Counted from the stretch's first letter, positions 21,667 through 35,923 are shown. The stretch: 64,000 nt of DNA from Geosiphon pyriformis uo1 (GCA_016748015.1 JAAOMT010000054.1:124001-188000); one strand, 5' to 3'. Program-made: numbers and translations. Notes: a model not told the origin generated them from the letters alone.

Positions 21667-23065
21667 GTGGCTAATTTATATGACATCAATGGCTAATACA
21701 TGTGATAATTAATAAGAAGTGTAGGTTTCAACCATAACATTATCCTCTCCAAAGAGATTGAGCTCTGACAAAATCAAGCTATTCATGATGTAATCTATTT
21801 GAAAAGTTTTATTTAACTCAAAGTTAACTAGTTTGTTGAAGTTTTTTGTGGATAGGATATATAATACTTAAGATGAAATGAGTTTTGTATACAAGAAACC
21901 AAATCTTTGTATTAGAGTTTTGGCTTTTTTAGCAATAGTTAAAACTTTTGGGGCATCTAACCATATAATGCCCAAAATTTCTGTCTGTATTTCTGAAGTT
22001 GTTTTTCTTCATGAGTTTTATATCTTCTATAATTTTACTAAGGCAACTATAGAGTTTTAATTGCCTTCTATATAACAAGTTTTTGTCTATGGGTAAAATT
22101 TCTTGGAATGTTTTTCCAATTGTGCTGGAAGATGGGAGTATAGCTGCTGTTATACTTTCCAACAGATATTTATCCATTTTGCTACTAATTTTTTCTCTTC
22201 TGATAATAGTTTTCTTTTGTCTAATAACAGTATGTATTCTACTGTTATCAGTTATGATGGTTTGTTTTTTAATGGTCAGAGTAGCATTTGGATAGTTTTT
22301 GATCCAATACTTATGAAGAGTATAGAAGGCATTTTGAATGTTTTGATTCAGAAAATAATTATTCATATTGATTGAAAATACCTCTGTTTTGGGAATGGTG
22401 TATTTATTTATACTTGATTTTTGCTGATTATTTGAGTTAATATTACCACAACAGGCAACCAATCAGATTATTTATAATATTTCTTGAATCATGTACCATG
22501 AACAGGATGATTATTGAAGATTGTTCTGGATTGATCTTGAAGAATATAAGAACCATTGTTTAAAACTTTGTTGACTATAAAGAGTCTTTTCCACTGGCTA
22601 AAAAATTTATCACCATAGACATTGTCTCTATCTGAATGGTATTTTAGTACTAAGTCACCAACACTTAAAAAAAGTGTTTTATAAGTTTTCTTTTTCTTAA
22701 GCTTTTCTTGGAACTGTTTTATCTTTTCAAAAGCAATTATTCATGCTTCTATTAAGAAGTCAAGAATGATATCAAGTCTTCTTTGCAAAATGTCTTTGTA
22801 ATTTTCTATTGTGATTTCTTTAAAAGATATTGTTTTAATGTCAGTTTCTATTAGTAGTGTTGCCATGCATCCATAGAACAAATAAAAAGGTTCATAATTT
22901 GTTATGTCATGATTTACAGTTCTATAAGCAAACAAAGTTGAAGGCAGTACTTTGTTCTATAAGTTTGTTTCTTCACTGGTTTTGGCTAGAATTTCACATA
23001 GTGTTCTATTAAAACATTCCACTAAGCTATTTGTTTAGGGGTGATAAGAGAAAGAAAGTTTATGA

Positions 23066-24035
23066 TGTTGTCATTAGCAGAATTTTAGCTATTAATTAGC
23101 ATAAAATTACTCTCATAATTCCTATTATTAATTAGTATATATTATTATTATTTCGAATATTACTTATTATTTAATCAAATTATCAAATATTATTACTCAA
23201 TTAATAATCTGATTTGTACCATAGAAATTAAGATAATCAAATTACACAATACCCTGAACCATTTAATATAGTCAAATTTGCTGAAATTAATAAAAATTGG
23301 CCGAAATAATCAATAGTTCAGTGAAATAACTTGCAGTTTGCTAAAATGTATCTTTAGTTTACCCAAATTGTAGCAAAAAGAAAAGTGCAAGTTCAAAAAC
23401 TAGTACTATAACAAGTTGTATAAAAGAAGAGCTTCTTTCTTCAAGAAAATGTATTTTCTTATAGTATTTTAACATAGTATCTCACTTTAGATATCTTAAT
23501 TAGAACAAATCATTTTTTACATATTCAAATAAAAATTAAATATTCAAAAACCAAATTCTTTGATTATTGCACTTCAAATTCCCTTAACACAACTAACATT
23601 TCAAAATTGATTAGCTATCAATTTTAGTAATTTGTTAGTAATTCTAAGTCTGGATAGAAAATGTTTCTCTTGATAAATTTTATTTTTTTTATATTTTTTT
23701 TATTTATTTTTCTTTTTTATTACAATCATTAAGGTAGTCTACAAACAAAATTTCTGTAGAAGAGTTGACTTTCACAGCAAAGTAACTACACATTTTTAGT
23801 GAGCTTTTAGATGAGCAATTTCTAAGAAAGAGTTAATGTTTACTACAATGTAACTACATAAAGTAACTGGCAAGAAATTGGCCATTTCACTTATAAGCCC
23901 AGCAGTTTAAATTATAAGAGATAATTTGAAGATAAATTCAGTTACTAGAGATCCAACTACTTCCTGAGAATGTGAATTCACAGCAAATTAACATTAACAA
24001 CATTCAAGAAAAGAGACCAAAAACCTCCTGTAATA
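23066..24035 (+). repeat. 5' LTR of C (partner not visible)
   Basis: TG-start, decayed TGTAACA end abutting the PBS, TATAAAA at ~23419. No second copy to confirm it. Confidence 0.7.
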
Positions 24036-26406
24036 TTTGGTGCTTTTCTATAGAAATAACACAGCAACAACAAATTCAAAGTGGCGACCATATCAAACAC
24101 AACAACTCTAAAGTATTATCAGCAATTTATACTTACTGCAAGCAAAGATTCAACATCCCAGATGGAATTGAAGTTGTCAAGAAATCAGTATACCAATATA
24201 TTGAAAACTGTATTAACAATTATCTTTTTGGAAACTACAACATTTTAGAAGTTAGAAGCAACCTTTACAATAATTTAGTGCATTATTCACAATTAAAAAC
24301 AGAAGACCTGAACAGTGAAACTCTTGCAACCTACTTCCAAAAACTTAACTTTAGCATTATTCAGTATTGTAAAGAAAAATACCCAGTACAGGCTAGATAC
24401 TCTATTGACTTTGAATCAGAAACAGAAACAAGCAACAAAGGCAAACAAAAACTAAAGCAACATTCAAACACCACTCCAACCACCCCAAAGACACCAAAAA
24501 TAACTGCCAAAAACTTGCAAATTTCAGAACAAAGAACTAGCACCAGACTTTCACTCTTAGTTACACTCTTTTTAATTTTATTTGCTCAATCACAAACACC
24601 AAATTTATTACTTATCCATTTTTCAAGACCAAAAGATTTTCAGTTATCCAAAAATTCTATTCAATAGCAGGAACTCATATCAACCAGCACCAATATTATT
24701 GATTACCTACAAAAAAACAAAAGTAATTATTCAGAGAACTTGGAAAGTAAGAAAACTGAATCAGAACAAAAAAAAACTACAGAAAATAAAAAAAAATAAC
24801 AACTGCTTATATTGCAAAAATCCCAAAATTTACTGGTAAAAATAATAATACCAGTCCTTAAGAATGGCTTGATAAAGTCCAGAAAACAGGAGATGCAAAT
24901 GGTTGAAATACAGCAAGAATGCTCAAAACAATCTCATACTTTCTCCAAGAAACTACAGAAGAATGGTTTGAAAACTTAGAAAAACCATTTAGAAACTGGC
25001 AAGCATTCAAAGATGCTTTCTTACAACAATTCACCAACAACAACACCTCTATTACTCTCTGAAATTGCTTTCACAATATCAAACAAGAAACATCTGAAAC
25101 TGTTATGACCTATCTGGGAAGATTCAACAAACTTCTTTGACAAATTCGACAATTGGAAACCAATGAATTCTATTTTAATGCCCAGATTTTGAATCAGTTT
25201 ATAGCAGAATTAAAAGACAAATTAATCAAGAAAGTTCACCCACATGTCTCAGAAGACTTAGCAGCAGCCATTAGACATGCAAAAAATTATGAAATAGTAA
25301 TAAAAGAAGCCAATCATACTAAACTTGTAAATCTTGCTATTGGAGAAACTAGCTCAACAGCTGAAAAAGAAATTGACCAACTAACAAAGAAGATTGAGAA
25401 CTATTTCACTAACCAGCAACAACAGCAACAATTACAAAGATATTAGCCACCACAATAATAAAACCAAAACAACTATTCATTTTCATTAAACAGCCAAAAC
25501 CAAAGTTGTTACTATTGTGGAATTCTAGAACATTGGAAACAAGATTGCAGAAAGCTACAAAGAGACCAACAAAACAAAAGTAATCAATGTTACTCTTCAA
25601 TACAGCAATTTTATTATCAGCCTCTACCACCAGCCTACTATTCTTCAAGACCTCAACAGCAAACCAATTACTATCAATCTGCTTTACAGCAACAATATTA
25701 ACAACTTTCACCAATTTGACAGTATTAGCCATCTACACAACAATATTAAGTACCAGCCTGAAGATTGGTTCAACATAACCAATTTACATCTCAAAATCAA
25801 TTTTAGAATAACAACAACAGAATCAACTCAATAACCAGTTAGTTCTCTGAAATTCTGGTTAGCAAAGACCCAATCACTATTACACTCAACCCAATTATCT
25901 TACAATGTCTGAAGGATCAAATTTTTAACAAACTGTACTTTTTGAAGGTGAAGTTGCAGCACCAAAATCAAACCCTTCTAACAATACTATTTCACCAGCT
26001 CAAATTGCTCAAAATACCAATCTCTCAGATATATTTCCATTTAAATTTGAAGCCAATGAATCACCATTTTTGTTTAGCAATACAGCAGTCAATAAACAAA
26101 AAACAATTACAGCAATATATACTAAAGCTAAAGTTAAAGGAAAACCAATTTGGTTAATCTTAGATAGTGGATTAGCTAGAAGTATTATTACCTACTAATT
26201 AATGCAACAGCTTTAAAGAACTGTTAACAGGCCAGCCCAAACTGTCATTGTTACAGCAGATGGGATGAAAAAGACACCAATAGGAGAAATTAACAACTTT
26301 TTATTTACAATTAATGAAATCACCATTCCAGTCAAAGTTTTAGTCATGAATGCACCACAATACCAAGCTCTTGTTAGAAATAATTGGCTTCTCAAGGCCA
26401 ATGCAA

Positions 26407-28852
26407 TTTTTTTTTTTTTTGTTAATGTATAGCCATGTTAGTTGTTTATTAGTTAAGTCCACAGTAATATGGCAGTTTTATAAAGCCAGCTTACTCAATA
26501 ATACAAAAATCACAAGATGCGGCTAACTACAAATGGAAAGCCCTAACTACACATTAATATTATCTTTGCTACCTAATGTATTAAACATATCTAATTCATA
26601 TATCTTACCTATAATGCATACAAGCTCATGGCTACTCTTAACAAAACCACTTATCCACTTAGCAGTCTGATCAAGATCAGATTTGATATTAAAGGATTGA
26701 ACCTCCCACAATTCCATCATTGCATCAAATGTATCATCATAGACTGAAAAATTTTTAACTTCATTATTATTATTATTATTATTATCATCCATGTTTTCAT
26801 CATCAAATATGTCAAAGTGAACTTTCCTACTCCTTAACTTGATGGCCCCCATTTTTTTTTGCAGCACAGAAGCCACAGCATGAACAGCATTAATTTGGTT
26901 TCCCAATCCAACCATACTTTTTTTCATTGCTTCTGCCATAACAGGTGGAGTAGACAATATTTTAGTAATCAACACAACCAAAAAACTCACAGGCTCAACT
27001 ATAGATTTAATCAACAAAGACAGTTTACTAAGTTGGGTTTCCAGAAAAGTCAATCTAGCATTAACAGCAACATCTGAACCAGAGAAAACAACAGGCAACA
27101 GAGATACAACACCTTTGGGAGGAGCACTAAAAGCCAGAACTATATTGGCAGCAGCAGCAACAGGAAAAACCACAGAGGTAGCAGCTTTGGTATAGGATTT
27201 TGCTCCAATAAAGAATGACTTAAAGATATTGGCACCACCAGCAGAATTAGAAAAGAGTTTGGGCAGGAGAGGTGGCAACACCTTGCAGTTTACAGCCAAG
27301 TAATCTAAACTTTGACATCTGTAGCAGTGATGACATCCAGAAGTTTCCCACCAGATACAGCAGCCACATAAAGTACCAGTTTTTGAAACAGCAGTATTTA
27401 AAGATTCCAAAAAATTAAAGGTCACCACAGCAAAGCATTAACATTAATAGAAATTAGGGAAGTAGGAAATGAAACATGTATGGCCACCAACTTGGGAGAC
27501 CATATTACTTATTTCAAATACAGTGCAGCCAAATGGAAGATTTACTAGCTTAGCTTTAAAAGCATCTTTTGAGGAGATAGCTTTCTTTTAGTTGGCAATA
27601 GGAAGAATCCTAATACTGTTTTTCCTGACCAAAACAGACCAATAAGAGAAAACATTAGCAGCAGAAGAAGTGTCCTTAAAATTAACCACAGCATATTGCC
27701 ATAAGCCAGCAGGCTTTAACTTAACAGACATGACAATACCAAAAATGCCAAGAGCAGTTTTGATGTCATTAGAAGAGGTACCCAAAGATATGTCATGCAG
27801 TACAACTAACAGAGAAGGAAAAGAAACAGAGGCCACACCAGAAGATTGTGCAATCTTAAGAGTGGTCAAAAAAATCTTATTACCAATGGCCACTTTGGTG
27901 GCACCAGTTAAATTTTCTTAAGATGCAAATTCTACACAGAACAACTTAACAGCATTTCATAAAACTGACTTAAGCCCAATACAACTAAGCAGTAGCTGAA
28001 ACAAGGAACTAAGAAGGGCCATCTTGATCTTGAATGTGGCACCAGGCACAAGAGTGGAGGCCACCCATCCAGAAAACTTTTGTTGACCATTCACATTTAT
28101 CCAAGCACCACTATCAACAACACCAGAAACTGGGGGAAAAGTAGATAATTCTATTTCTATCTGATCAGTTCAATCTTTGAGATCATTTGAAATGATGGGC
28201 TGTTTTGCTTCCATGACAGAAAATGATCTGCCAGAGATTACTACATCAGACAACACAGCCAGTGGTTAATTTTGCTTCATATTAGGAGTTAAGCCATTGC
28301 TATTGCCATTCATATCAGAAAGAGGGCTGGCTGCTGTTGTAAAGATCTTACCTAAGATCTCATCTGGAACTACAAAAGAGTTTGATATGACCATAGCAGT
28401 TGTTATTGCTTGCTGCTGTTTTTTGGAATTTTTGGCTTTTGTGGTCATTTGTAAAGTAGAGATAGTAGAAGTAGTGGAAGTGGTGAGAGCAGGAAAGACC
28501 AACTTGTTGACAGGTTTGTTATTAAAAATCTTTGGACTTTTTGAAGTAGTAAAGACAACACTGAGACTAATCCGAGTATGCCTTTTTGAAAGAACTTTGA
28601 CTAGAGAAGAATTACCAGCCAAAGGAAAAGAAAATGAACCAGAAGTCACTAAAAGCAGCTTTTCACTAATGTTTTTTAAAAGAAATATAGCCAGAACATT
28701 TTGTCTAGCTGCTTCAATAACAGAGAAACTCTCTCATGTTGAAACTTTATTAGTTACTATAGAAAAAGTACTGTTTGTAGCTTTTTTACTCTTAGCTTTA
28801 GTCGTGGTCATAAAATTTAAGAGAGAAAGAGTTTTTGAAATCAATAAAATTT
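26407..28852 (-). mobile_element. ORF1-only non-LTR element L-B copy 2, complete (2446 bp, poly(A), 10-bp TSD)
   Basis: TSD GCCAATGCAA at 26397-26406 and 28853-28862. Poly(T) at 26407-26420. AATAAA upstream of the tail on the element strand. No APE or RT. Confidence 0.92.
26547..28811 (-). pseudogene. L-B ORF (755 codons in one frame: S/T-rich N-terminus, RRM-like domains, CCHC knuckle, coiled coil, acidic tract)
   Basis: ORFs 28266-28649, 27588-27893 and 26547-27428 all share the frame of ATG 28811. Aligns by eye with L-A ORF1 (AGLWQYAVVNF vs AGKWQLAVVEY; AKLVNLPFGCT vs AKLVDLPQNCT). Confidence 0.85.
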
Positions 28853-29899
28853 GCCAATGCAAATTTAGATTGAGAAACCCAAAAATTGAAGATTTTATAC
28901 CAAGGACAATATACTAAAGTACTTGCCACTTGTAGCACTTTTAATAAAAAATCTGAGAAAGCTTCAGTATTCAAATTTGAAAAAGAAAAAGAACTACTAA
29001 TTACTGAAATCTTTATGGCTCTTGGATCAACATCCAGTTGGGCTAAGAAAACAGAACAAGAAATCTTTGAGAAGACCAGAAAATAAAATGTAATTAGATA
29101 TTCTACACCAGAACCATGGAAACAACCACCTTATATTCCACTCAAATACAAAGATTGCAACAAGAAACTTTTATTAATGAGAGCATGTATTTCTCCAGAA
29201 AAAGAATATGAAACTCACACCTACTACTTTTGCAAAGCATGCCATAAAGAACGATTTGGATATTCCAAAAAGAGTGAAAAATGGGACAACACTCTTTGCC
29301 TTACATGTGAAGATATACTACCAGAAGAATGCAACTGGATTAATGTTGCAATAAGAGGAGGAGTATGTAACCAAATCTGCCAATATGCCCTATTAATTTC
29401 GGAAAAAGTTAAAAGAGGAACACTTTTTAATGTAGCATACAACAGTGCTTTTAACAAACTTTACTACTATCTTTATAATGCTAAAATGATCTTTGATTTA
29501 GCAATAGCTTTAATTAATAAAGCCATACAGAAAGATGTCCAACAAATGAAAGAAGCTAAGTACATTAAATACACAATAAAATTAGCTAGATTCAACTATA
29601 AAAATGAAGTAAAGACATACCACCAAATTGCAAGCCACACATATTCAAACCAAGAAGCTCAAATTCAATAAATAAAGCAAATAAACATTTAATTGTGTAA
29701 AGAATACATCATGCCTTGTGATGACAAATAGTGTCCAAAATGCTATGCTTTTAGCATTCCTCTGCCCAGTAAAAATAACCAAAAAGAAATTGAATTTGAG
29801 AAACCAGAAACAAAAAAAAAATTGCAACAACACCAATTTATCTTACTGAAAACCAGCCTGCTATACAATTTAAATACTTTGACAACAATGGACAAGGAA

Positions 29900-30294
29900 T
29901 AAAACCAGAAAAAGCCCATAAAATTGATGCAGAATATAATTTCAGATATCTTGGCAAAGATACTTTAGTTCTTCAACCAAAATGCTTAACCAAAATCAAC
30001 TTCAGAATTGCTCTTAAAATATTACCAAAAGCAATAGTACAAATTGCTTCCCAATTATTATTGGCAAACAAAGGAATCAATGTTAAAAAAAGAGTCATAG
30101 ATGCAGAATATACTGGAGACATTACTATCATGTTACAGAATGAAACAGACAAACCATTTAAGATTGAACATGCTGAAAAAATTATCCAAACAATTTACTT
30201 ACTCTTAATCAACATTTCGGGTTTACAATCAGTTAAGAACAGAGAACAATTGAGAAAAAGTGAAAGAAAAACTCAAGGTTTTGGTTCAACTGGA
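29900..30294 (+). pseudogene. dut: dUTPase domain within C pol
   Basis: KAHKIDAEYNFRY, LANKGINV, VIDAEYTGDI, EKIIQ, intact GFGSTG. Confidence 0.88.
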
Positions 30295-32193
30295 CGATTT
30301 ACAGTACCAGTAAACATAGCTCTTAATGCACAGAATGAATCTCACCAGATTTTTCAATTTCTCTAATTACCATTTCACTTTTTGGAGAACATCACAAAAT
30401 TTACACTTGCTTAAAACTCACCACTACTCAACAAATCTTTGAATCCAATGAACAAATCTGTTTATAGCATGAAATCTCAATCTCAAACATTTATATTCCC
30501 AAAAAAATGAAAAAATTTCAAGTTATATTCTACAACTCCAATAATTATCTTATTGTCTTATTGATAAATTAGAGATTGGAATCATACACAGCAATATCTT
30601 CCAAGATAAAAATCCTTAAATTATCTCTAATTTCATCAAAATTATAAGACATACACTATTTTCAAATCCAAACATCATTTCTACTACTAAAAACTACCAC
30701 CTTTTGGAAAAAAAACTCTCTCAAATCAACATGGGTCCCTTAGAACCTTAACAACAAAGACAATTGAAACAGCTAATAGCTGAATTCGCTAACATATTTG
30801 CAAAAAACAACAATAACCTTGGAAAAATTGATATTGTTCAACATTAAATCCATACAAAAGATGTTCTACCAAAATATCAATAAGCTTATTGAGTGCCACT
30901 TGCCAGCCACCAATTCATTAGGAAAGAAGTTCAAAGAATGCTCAATAATGGATTGATTTAACCATCAAGAAGTCCTTGGGCCTCACCAGTAGTCTTTATT
31001 AAAAAAAAAATAGAAAAATCAGATTTTGTGTTAACTATCACCAACTGAACAGTATGACAATTGGAGAAGCCTACTCTTTACCAAGAATTAATAACATGCT
31101 AGATGTTCTAGAAAAAACCATGTTCTTTTTAACTTTAGACTTGAAAAGTAGATACTGACAAGTCGAAATAGACCCAAAAAATCAATCCAAAACAGCATTT
31201 ACCACTCAAGAAGAAAACTATGAGTTCAATGTTATGTCTTTTAAACTCTGCAATGCATCAGCAACATTCCAATAACTTATGAATGTTGTATATAAAGGAC
31301 TTTTATGGCAATTAGTAGTTGTCTATCTGGATGACACTAATGTGTACTTACCAAGTTTTGAAGCCCATTTTATCTGCCTGTAAGAAGTTTTTTAATGATT
31401 ACAGAAAGCAGGATTAAAGTTAAACATTGAGAAATATTACTTTAGAAAAACAAGTTTAATCTTTCTTGGATACATTGTTAGCAAAGATGGAGTTAAACCA
31501 AACCTTAGAACAATCAGTGCTGTTAAAAACTTTCAAACTTCCAAAAATACCACAGAGCTATGAAAATTTGTAGGATTAGTCTCCTACTATTGAAAATTCA
31601 TAAAAAAATTCTCAGAAATTGCCAAACTACTCAATTATCTTACCAACAAAAATGTGCCATATCAATGAACTGAAGAACAACAAAAAGCTTTTGAAACCCT
31701 CAAAACAAAATTGACAACAGCCCCAGTTTTTGCTTATTCAGACTTCAACAAATGATTTTAACTAGTCACTGATGCCTCACATATAGCATTTGGTGTCATC
31801 TTATCACAATTAGATAAAAATAGCCAAGAACAAGTCATTGTCTATGCCAGTAAAACACTCAAGCCAACAGAACTCAAATATAGCTCAACTGAATTAGAAG
31901 CTGTTACAGTCATTTGGGCTATTAAACATTTTTAACAATACCTAAAGAATAGAAAAGAATTTGACATCATAACTGACAATATTGGCCTCAAATGGCTCAA
32001 TAAAAAGAAAACTGAACAAAGTGCCAAACAGTCTCAATAGAATAACTTTTTAGCAGACTACAAATATATTATACACCACAAACCAAGAAAACTACACATT
32101 AATGTTAATAGCTTTTTAAGAATAAGACAAGATTAACACCAACAACAAATCCGCCACAACTCACCAACCTACCAACAAAATAACTAAACAACA

Positions 32194-33566
32194 ATGAATC
32201 CCAGAAATTACAACAACATTAAAAACTATTTGGAGACTTTTATTATGTTAAAAAATTGGTCTCCAAGTGAAAAACATCGATTACAATACCAATCTAAACA
32301 ATATTTTATACACCACAACAAAATTTATTACAAAAATCGCAGAAACCCAAATCAACCACTCAGATTAATACAGAAAAATGAAAAAGAAACAATTCTATAC
32401 AACATGTACACAGATTTTTCTTCAGTACACTTGGGAAGAGATGGAACAATTTAAAGAACTCTTGAACATTACTTTTGGCCTTACATGCAAAAAAACATTT
32501 GACAATATGTAGAATCTTGTAATAGTTATTAAAAAAAAGGAAGAACTTGCCTCACAGAATCTTTAAATCCAATCAAAGTTGGACAACCTTTTGACAGAGT
32601 TGGAATTAATTTAGTCAGATCATTTCCTATTACAACTCAAGAAAATCATTATATTGCAGTTGCAGTAGATTATCTTACCAAATGGCCTAAAGCTAAAGCC
32701 ATCCAAAGAGCAGATGCAAAATCAGTAGTAAATTTCATCTATGAAAACATTATTTATAAACATGGATGTCCAATTAAACTTTTATCTGATCAAAAAACAC
32801 ATTTTGTGAACAACTTGATACAAGAAATTTGTGAACAATTCAATGTCAAAAGACTTTTATTATTATCTTATTACTCCCAAACAAATAGACTTATAGAACA
32901 GTTCAACAGAATATTGTGTAAATCTTTAGCCAAAGTCTCAACAGATTTTAAGCAGGAATAAAATATCTTTATTCTATCAGTATTATTAGCATACAAAACA
33001 CTAAAACAAAATACCACAAAACACATCATTTGATCTTACTTATGGAAAAACAGCAATATTACCAATTAATTTTAAGGTAGAAACATATCCAGTGCAACCA
33101 ATCAATAAAGAAAACTTTCAAGAAATACTCCAAAAATGGGCTTATACTCTTCTTAATACATTGGAAGGAAAGAAACACATAGCAGCCACTCATATTGAAC
33201 ATTCTTAAGCCCTACAAAAAAAAAGACATGACAACAAACTGCCACCAGTTACCAATAAATTTAAAGTTAGAAATAAAGTTTTCTTATACAGAACTAAAGC
33301 TAAAAAACAATGGAGTGGAAAATTTGAACATAAATGGGATGAACCATTTTATATCCACAAAATTTTAGGCAATAGATCATACAAGTTAAGACTTGATAAC
33401 AAAGTACTAGCAAAAGTTGTACATAAAGATTGATTAAAACACTATTACTCCTAAATCATTAATTCCACAAATTGGTATACATTCTTCTTTAATTAATCCT
33501 GAAGATATTTCTCGAAATTTAGAACCAATAATTATAATAGAACAACAACCAAACTTGAACACTTAA
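32194..33566 (+). pseudogene. Integrase ORF of C (own ATG, 57 nt after the RNase H stop)
   Basis: MNPRNYNNIKNYLE.., VDYLTKWPKA, LLSDQ, WSGKFEHKWDEPF. Confidence 0.88.
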
Positions 33567-33719
33567 TTCAACATAATTTTACAATAATTCTTTTAATAAC
33601 ACACAAAAACAAAAATAGTAAATAATTACAAAAAACACCCAAACCCAAAAACAAATAAAACTCCATATTCAAAAATAATTTTTGTTATTTTTTTTTTTTA
33701 TTAGTTAACTATTTTTATC

Positions 33720-33835
33720 ATGATTATTCCCCAAAATATTCAACAAATATTCCAAAAATTAATGTTAGCTTTAAAAACACTTTCTGACTTATCTATAACA
33801 ATTAATGGAAGTCAAATTAATTACATTCAAAAAAA
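33720..33835 (+). pseudogene. N-terminal fragment of ORF3 of family C, cut by L-A2
   Basis: MIIPQNIQQIFQKLMLALKTLSDLSITINGSQINY resembles the ORF3 starts of B (ITNNIHSLAQQLFQLI..EITINQQTIRY) and A (DQNIQNAFYTL..TLTIGKQ). Confidence 0.55.
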
Positions 33836-34984
33836 ACCACAGTCCTGGCAGTAAATAATTCTCAGAATTATCATCCCTATAGAAAAAAAACAAAAAGTTA
33901 TTCTGGTCTCAAAGTCCCTAAAAAAATTGAATAAATCTTCAAAAACACTTAATAGAAATAGTAAAAGAGCTGTGCAGATAGAAGCAGCTCTAAAAAAATG
34001 CAAATCTGATATTTTGGACAGAATTAACAGTAGAAATTCTGTGGTAGAAATTGAGAAGCAAATGAACAATCCATTTGATGCAAAAAAAGATAAAGCCAAT
34101 CCAGATGACACTATAGAGAACATAGAAGACTCTGAATTGGGCCTATCTAGCAGAATAGAAAATTTAAGTTCAGGACAATATAGTAGTAAATCACTTGGCA
34201 AAAGACCCCATGTTTATAGAACCAGACCATAAAAAAGGATAGAAAACTGTAGTTCATGGAACCAAAAAACATGTGCTCTTTGTACAGGTGGTAAATATAC
34301 TAAAAAAAATCATGGGAAAGAAAGTGGAATAGATTTACAATCTTTTGGAGAATGTCAGTTACTTCTTGGGAGCTGTAATAGCAAGAAACCAAGAAATCTG
34401 AATGGATTTCTCCCAAGTGACTAGAAAAGACCAGACCAGAGAAATACTAGCAAGTAAAAAGATTGAATCATTTCTAATGGCTACAGATGGCATTACCAAT
34501 CAGATGGCTGGTCAAAAAAAAGTTCTGGTAAGAGATATTTTTTTAAGAATATCAAACAAAGAAATGTGAGCTATTATAAAAGAATTTAACAAAATAAAAA
34601 AAGTTCAAATCAAAGTAGCTAGAAAATGGCAATCTGCAGTGATTGAATACAGCAACCAAGAAGAGGCAACCAGAGCTGTAAACCAATGGTCAACTATGAT
34701 CAGGAAAGACACAGTCAGAATTTACTCAATGGTTGAGATCCAGAAAATTATTGAGCAAAAAAAAACCTGGGAGGCCAAACTAGTAGATTTGCCACAAAAC
34801 TGTACTGTTCATTACTTAAGCACCACTCTGGATCAGATTAAAGCCCGATCTTACTTCATTTCAAGAACTAGCAAGAACTACACAAGAATGGGCTGTGCTT
34901 ACATAGAATTTGACAGTGAAGCTAGTCACAACAATACTACCAAAAAACCATTGGTAATTGGAGACACACTGGTTTACTGGATGC

Positions 34985-35861
34985 TGTTACTCATAGAAAT
35001 ATAGAAAATATATTAGCATAATTATTAGCCAATCAGAAGTAGGTGTAGTAAATATGGAATTCCAGGATTTTTCTCAGGAATTGCAAAATTCCAGGAATTT
35101 CAGGATTCCCCGATAAGGAATTGTAGAATTTTAGAATTCCAGAATTCCTCTCAAAGGAATCGCAGGATTCCAGAAATCCAGGATTTCTGTCATAAAGAAT
35201 CGAGAAATTGAGGATTCTCAATTATGTATATATAGCAGCAGAATTAGAAGCTGAAAAAACAGACCTCTTAGTTTAGATTTAATCTAAACAACTCTCCAAA
35301 TCACAAGCATCTAATAAATAACTATTTGTTATCTCAAAACCCATTTCCACTATCAACACTTCATGTTGATAGTAATTGATACTTAACCACACTGGAACAA
35401 TAGCTCTTGATCATGGCTATTGACAGAATACTAACTTGTAAATTGCCTTGGCTTATTTCTTTTCTTTCTTTATTTTATTTTATTTTCTTTATTTTCTTGC
35501 TTTGATTTTATTGTTGTTTACTAACTCTATTGAGAATTAACGTGCGGGACACTGATGTCAGGATAAACATAACTGGTAAAAGACCCAGAAATAAGAGTAG
35601 AACACTCGATTGAGGATAGCTTATCAGAAAGAATACCAGCCATCAAGCTGAGAAAAAAATTGACAAAACTGCAGTTTCGGGAAGCTATAAATAAAACTAT
35701 CACCATTTAATCTCTGTCCATTATACAAAAAACTCAACCAAACCCTTCAGATACAAAACTTTTAGATACCAAACCTTCAGATCATCGACAATGAGAATAA
35801 CTTTGAACACCAAGTTATGGATTTGTATTTAATTCAACACCAGAAATTGTCATCTGTAACA
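34985..35861 (+). repeat. 5' LTR of B2
   Basis: Direct repeat of 44223-45058. Confidence 0.95.
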
Positions 35862-35863
35862 TT

Positions 35864-35881
35864 TGGTGCTTTCTGTGAGGT
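35864..35881 (+). promoter_or_regulatory. PBS of B2 (elongator tRNA-Met type)
   Basis: TGGTGCTTTCTGTGAGGT. Confidence 0.75.
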
Positions 35882-35923
35882 ATAATCTTACAGAGAACCA
35901 GCACCAACAAATACCATCTAAAA

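Larger units (their letters stand above)
9142..23065 (-). mobile_element. Family A copy A4 (3' part only: LTR pieces 9142-~9304, 11536-11550, 21667-21739; PPT; ORF3; integrase C-half), host of L-B1, B1 and C
   Basis: Reverse complement of the A LTR end at 9142. LTR resumes across B1 with TSD GTAG/GTGG. ORFs 21929-22462(-) and 22741-22935(-) match A ORF3 and IN. Cut at 23065 by the C LTR. Confidence 0.88.
24081..32136 (+). pseudogene. gag-pol: C gag-pol, interrupted by L-B2 in the protease; includes Cys-rich domain and dUTPase
   Basis: ORFs 23972-24667, 25153-25446, 29177-29671 and 30061-30366. RT/RH motifs at 30850-32136. The protease reading NWLLKANA|NLD(W)ETQKL is restored by removing L-B2. 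Confidence 0.85.
23066..33835 (+). mobile_element. Ty3/Gypsy LTR retrotransposon family C (5' LTR 23066-24035, PBS 24038-24054, gag-pol with dUTPase, IN, start of ORF3); 3' LTR not in window
   Basis: TGTTG start exactly where the A4 integrase stops. TGTAATA+TT+TGGTGCT junction. CYYCGILEHWKQDC, LILDSG, VYLDDTNVY, LVTDASH, integrase motifs. Confidence 0.9.

Noticed and set aside
28297-28917. Antisense or alternate-frame ORFs in the track (e.g. 28297-28917, 10963-11394, 14096-14527, 38760-39215, 63362-63769) as genes
   Set aside because: They are shadows of TE coding frames with no independent motifs.
33670-33720. T-run as the poly(A) tail of another retroposon or a terminator
   Set aside because: No TSD or associated element; it lies in the IN-ORF3 spacer of family C.
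34981-34984. Sequence-specific targeting of LINE ORF1 by LTR elements (B2 and A1 land ~110 bp apart in equivalent ORF1 regions)
   Set aside because: Different sites and TSDs, and A2/A3 are in ORF2. Compatible with chance.
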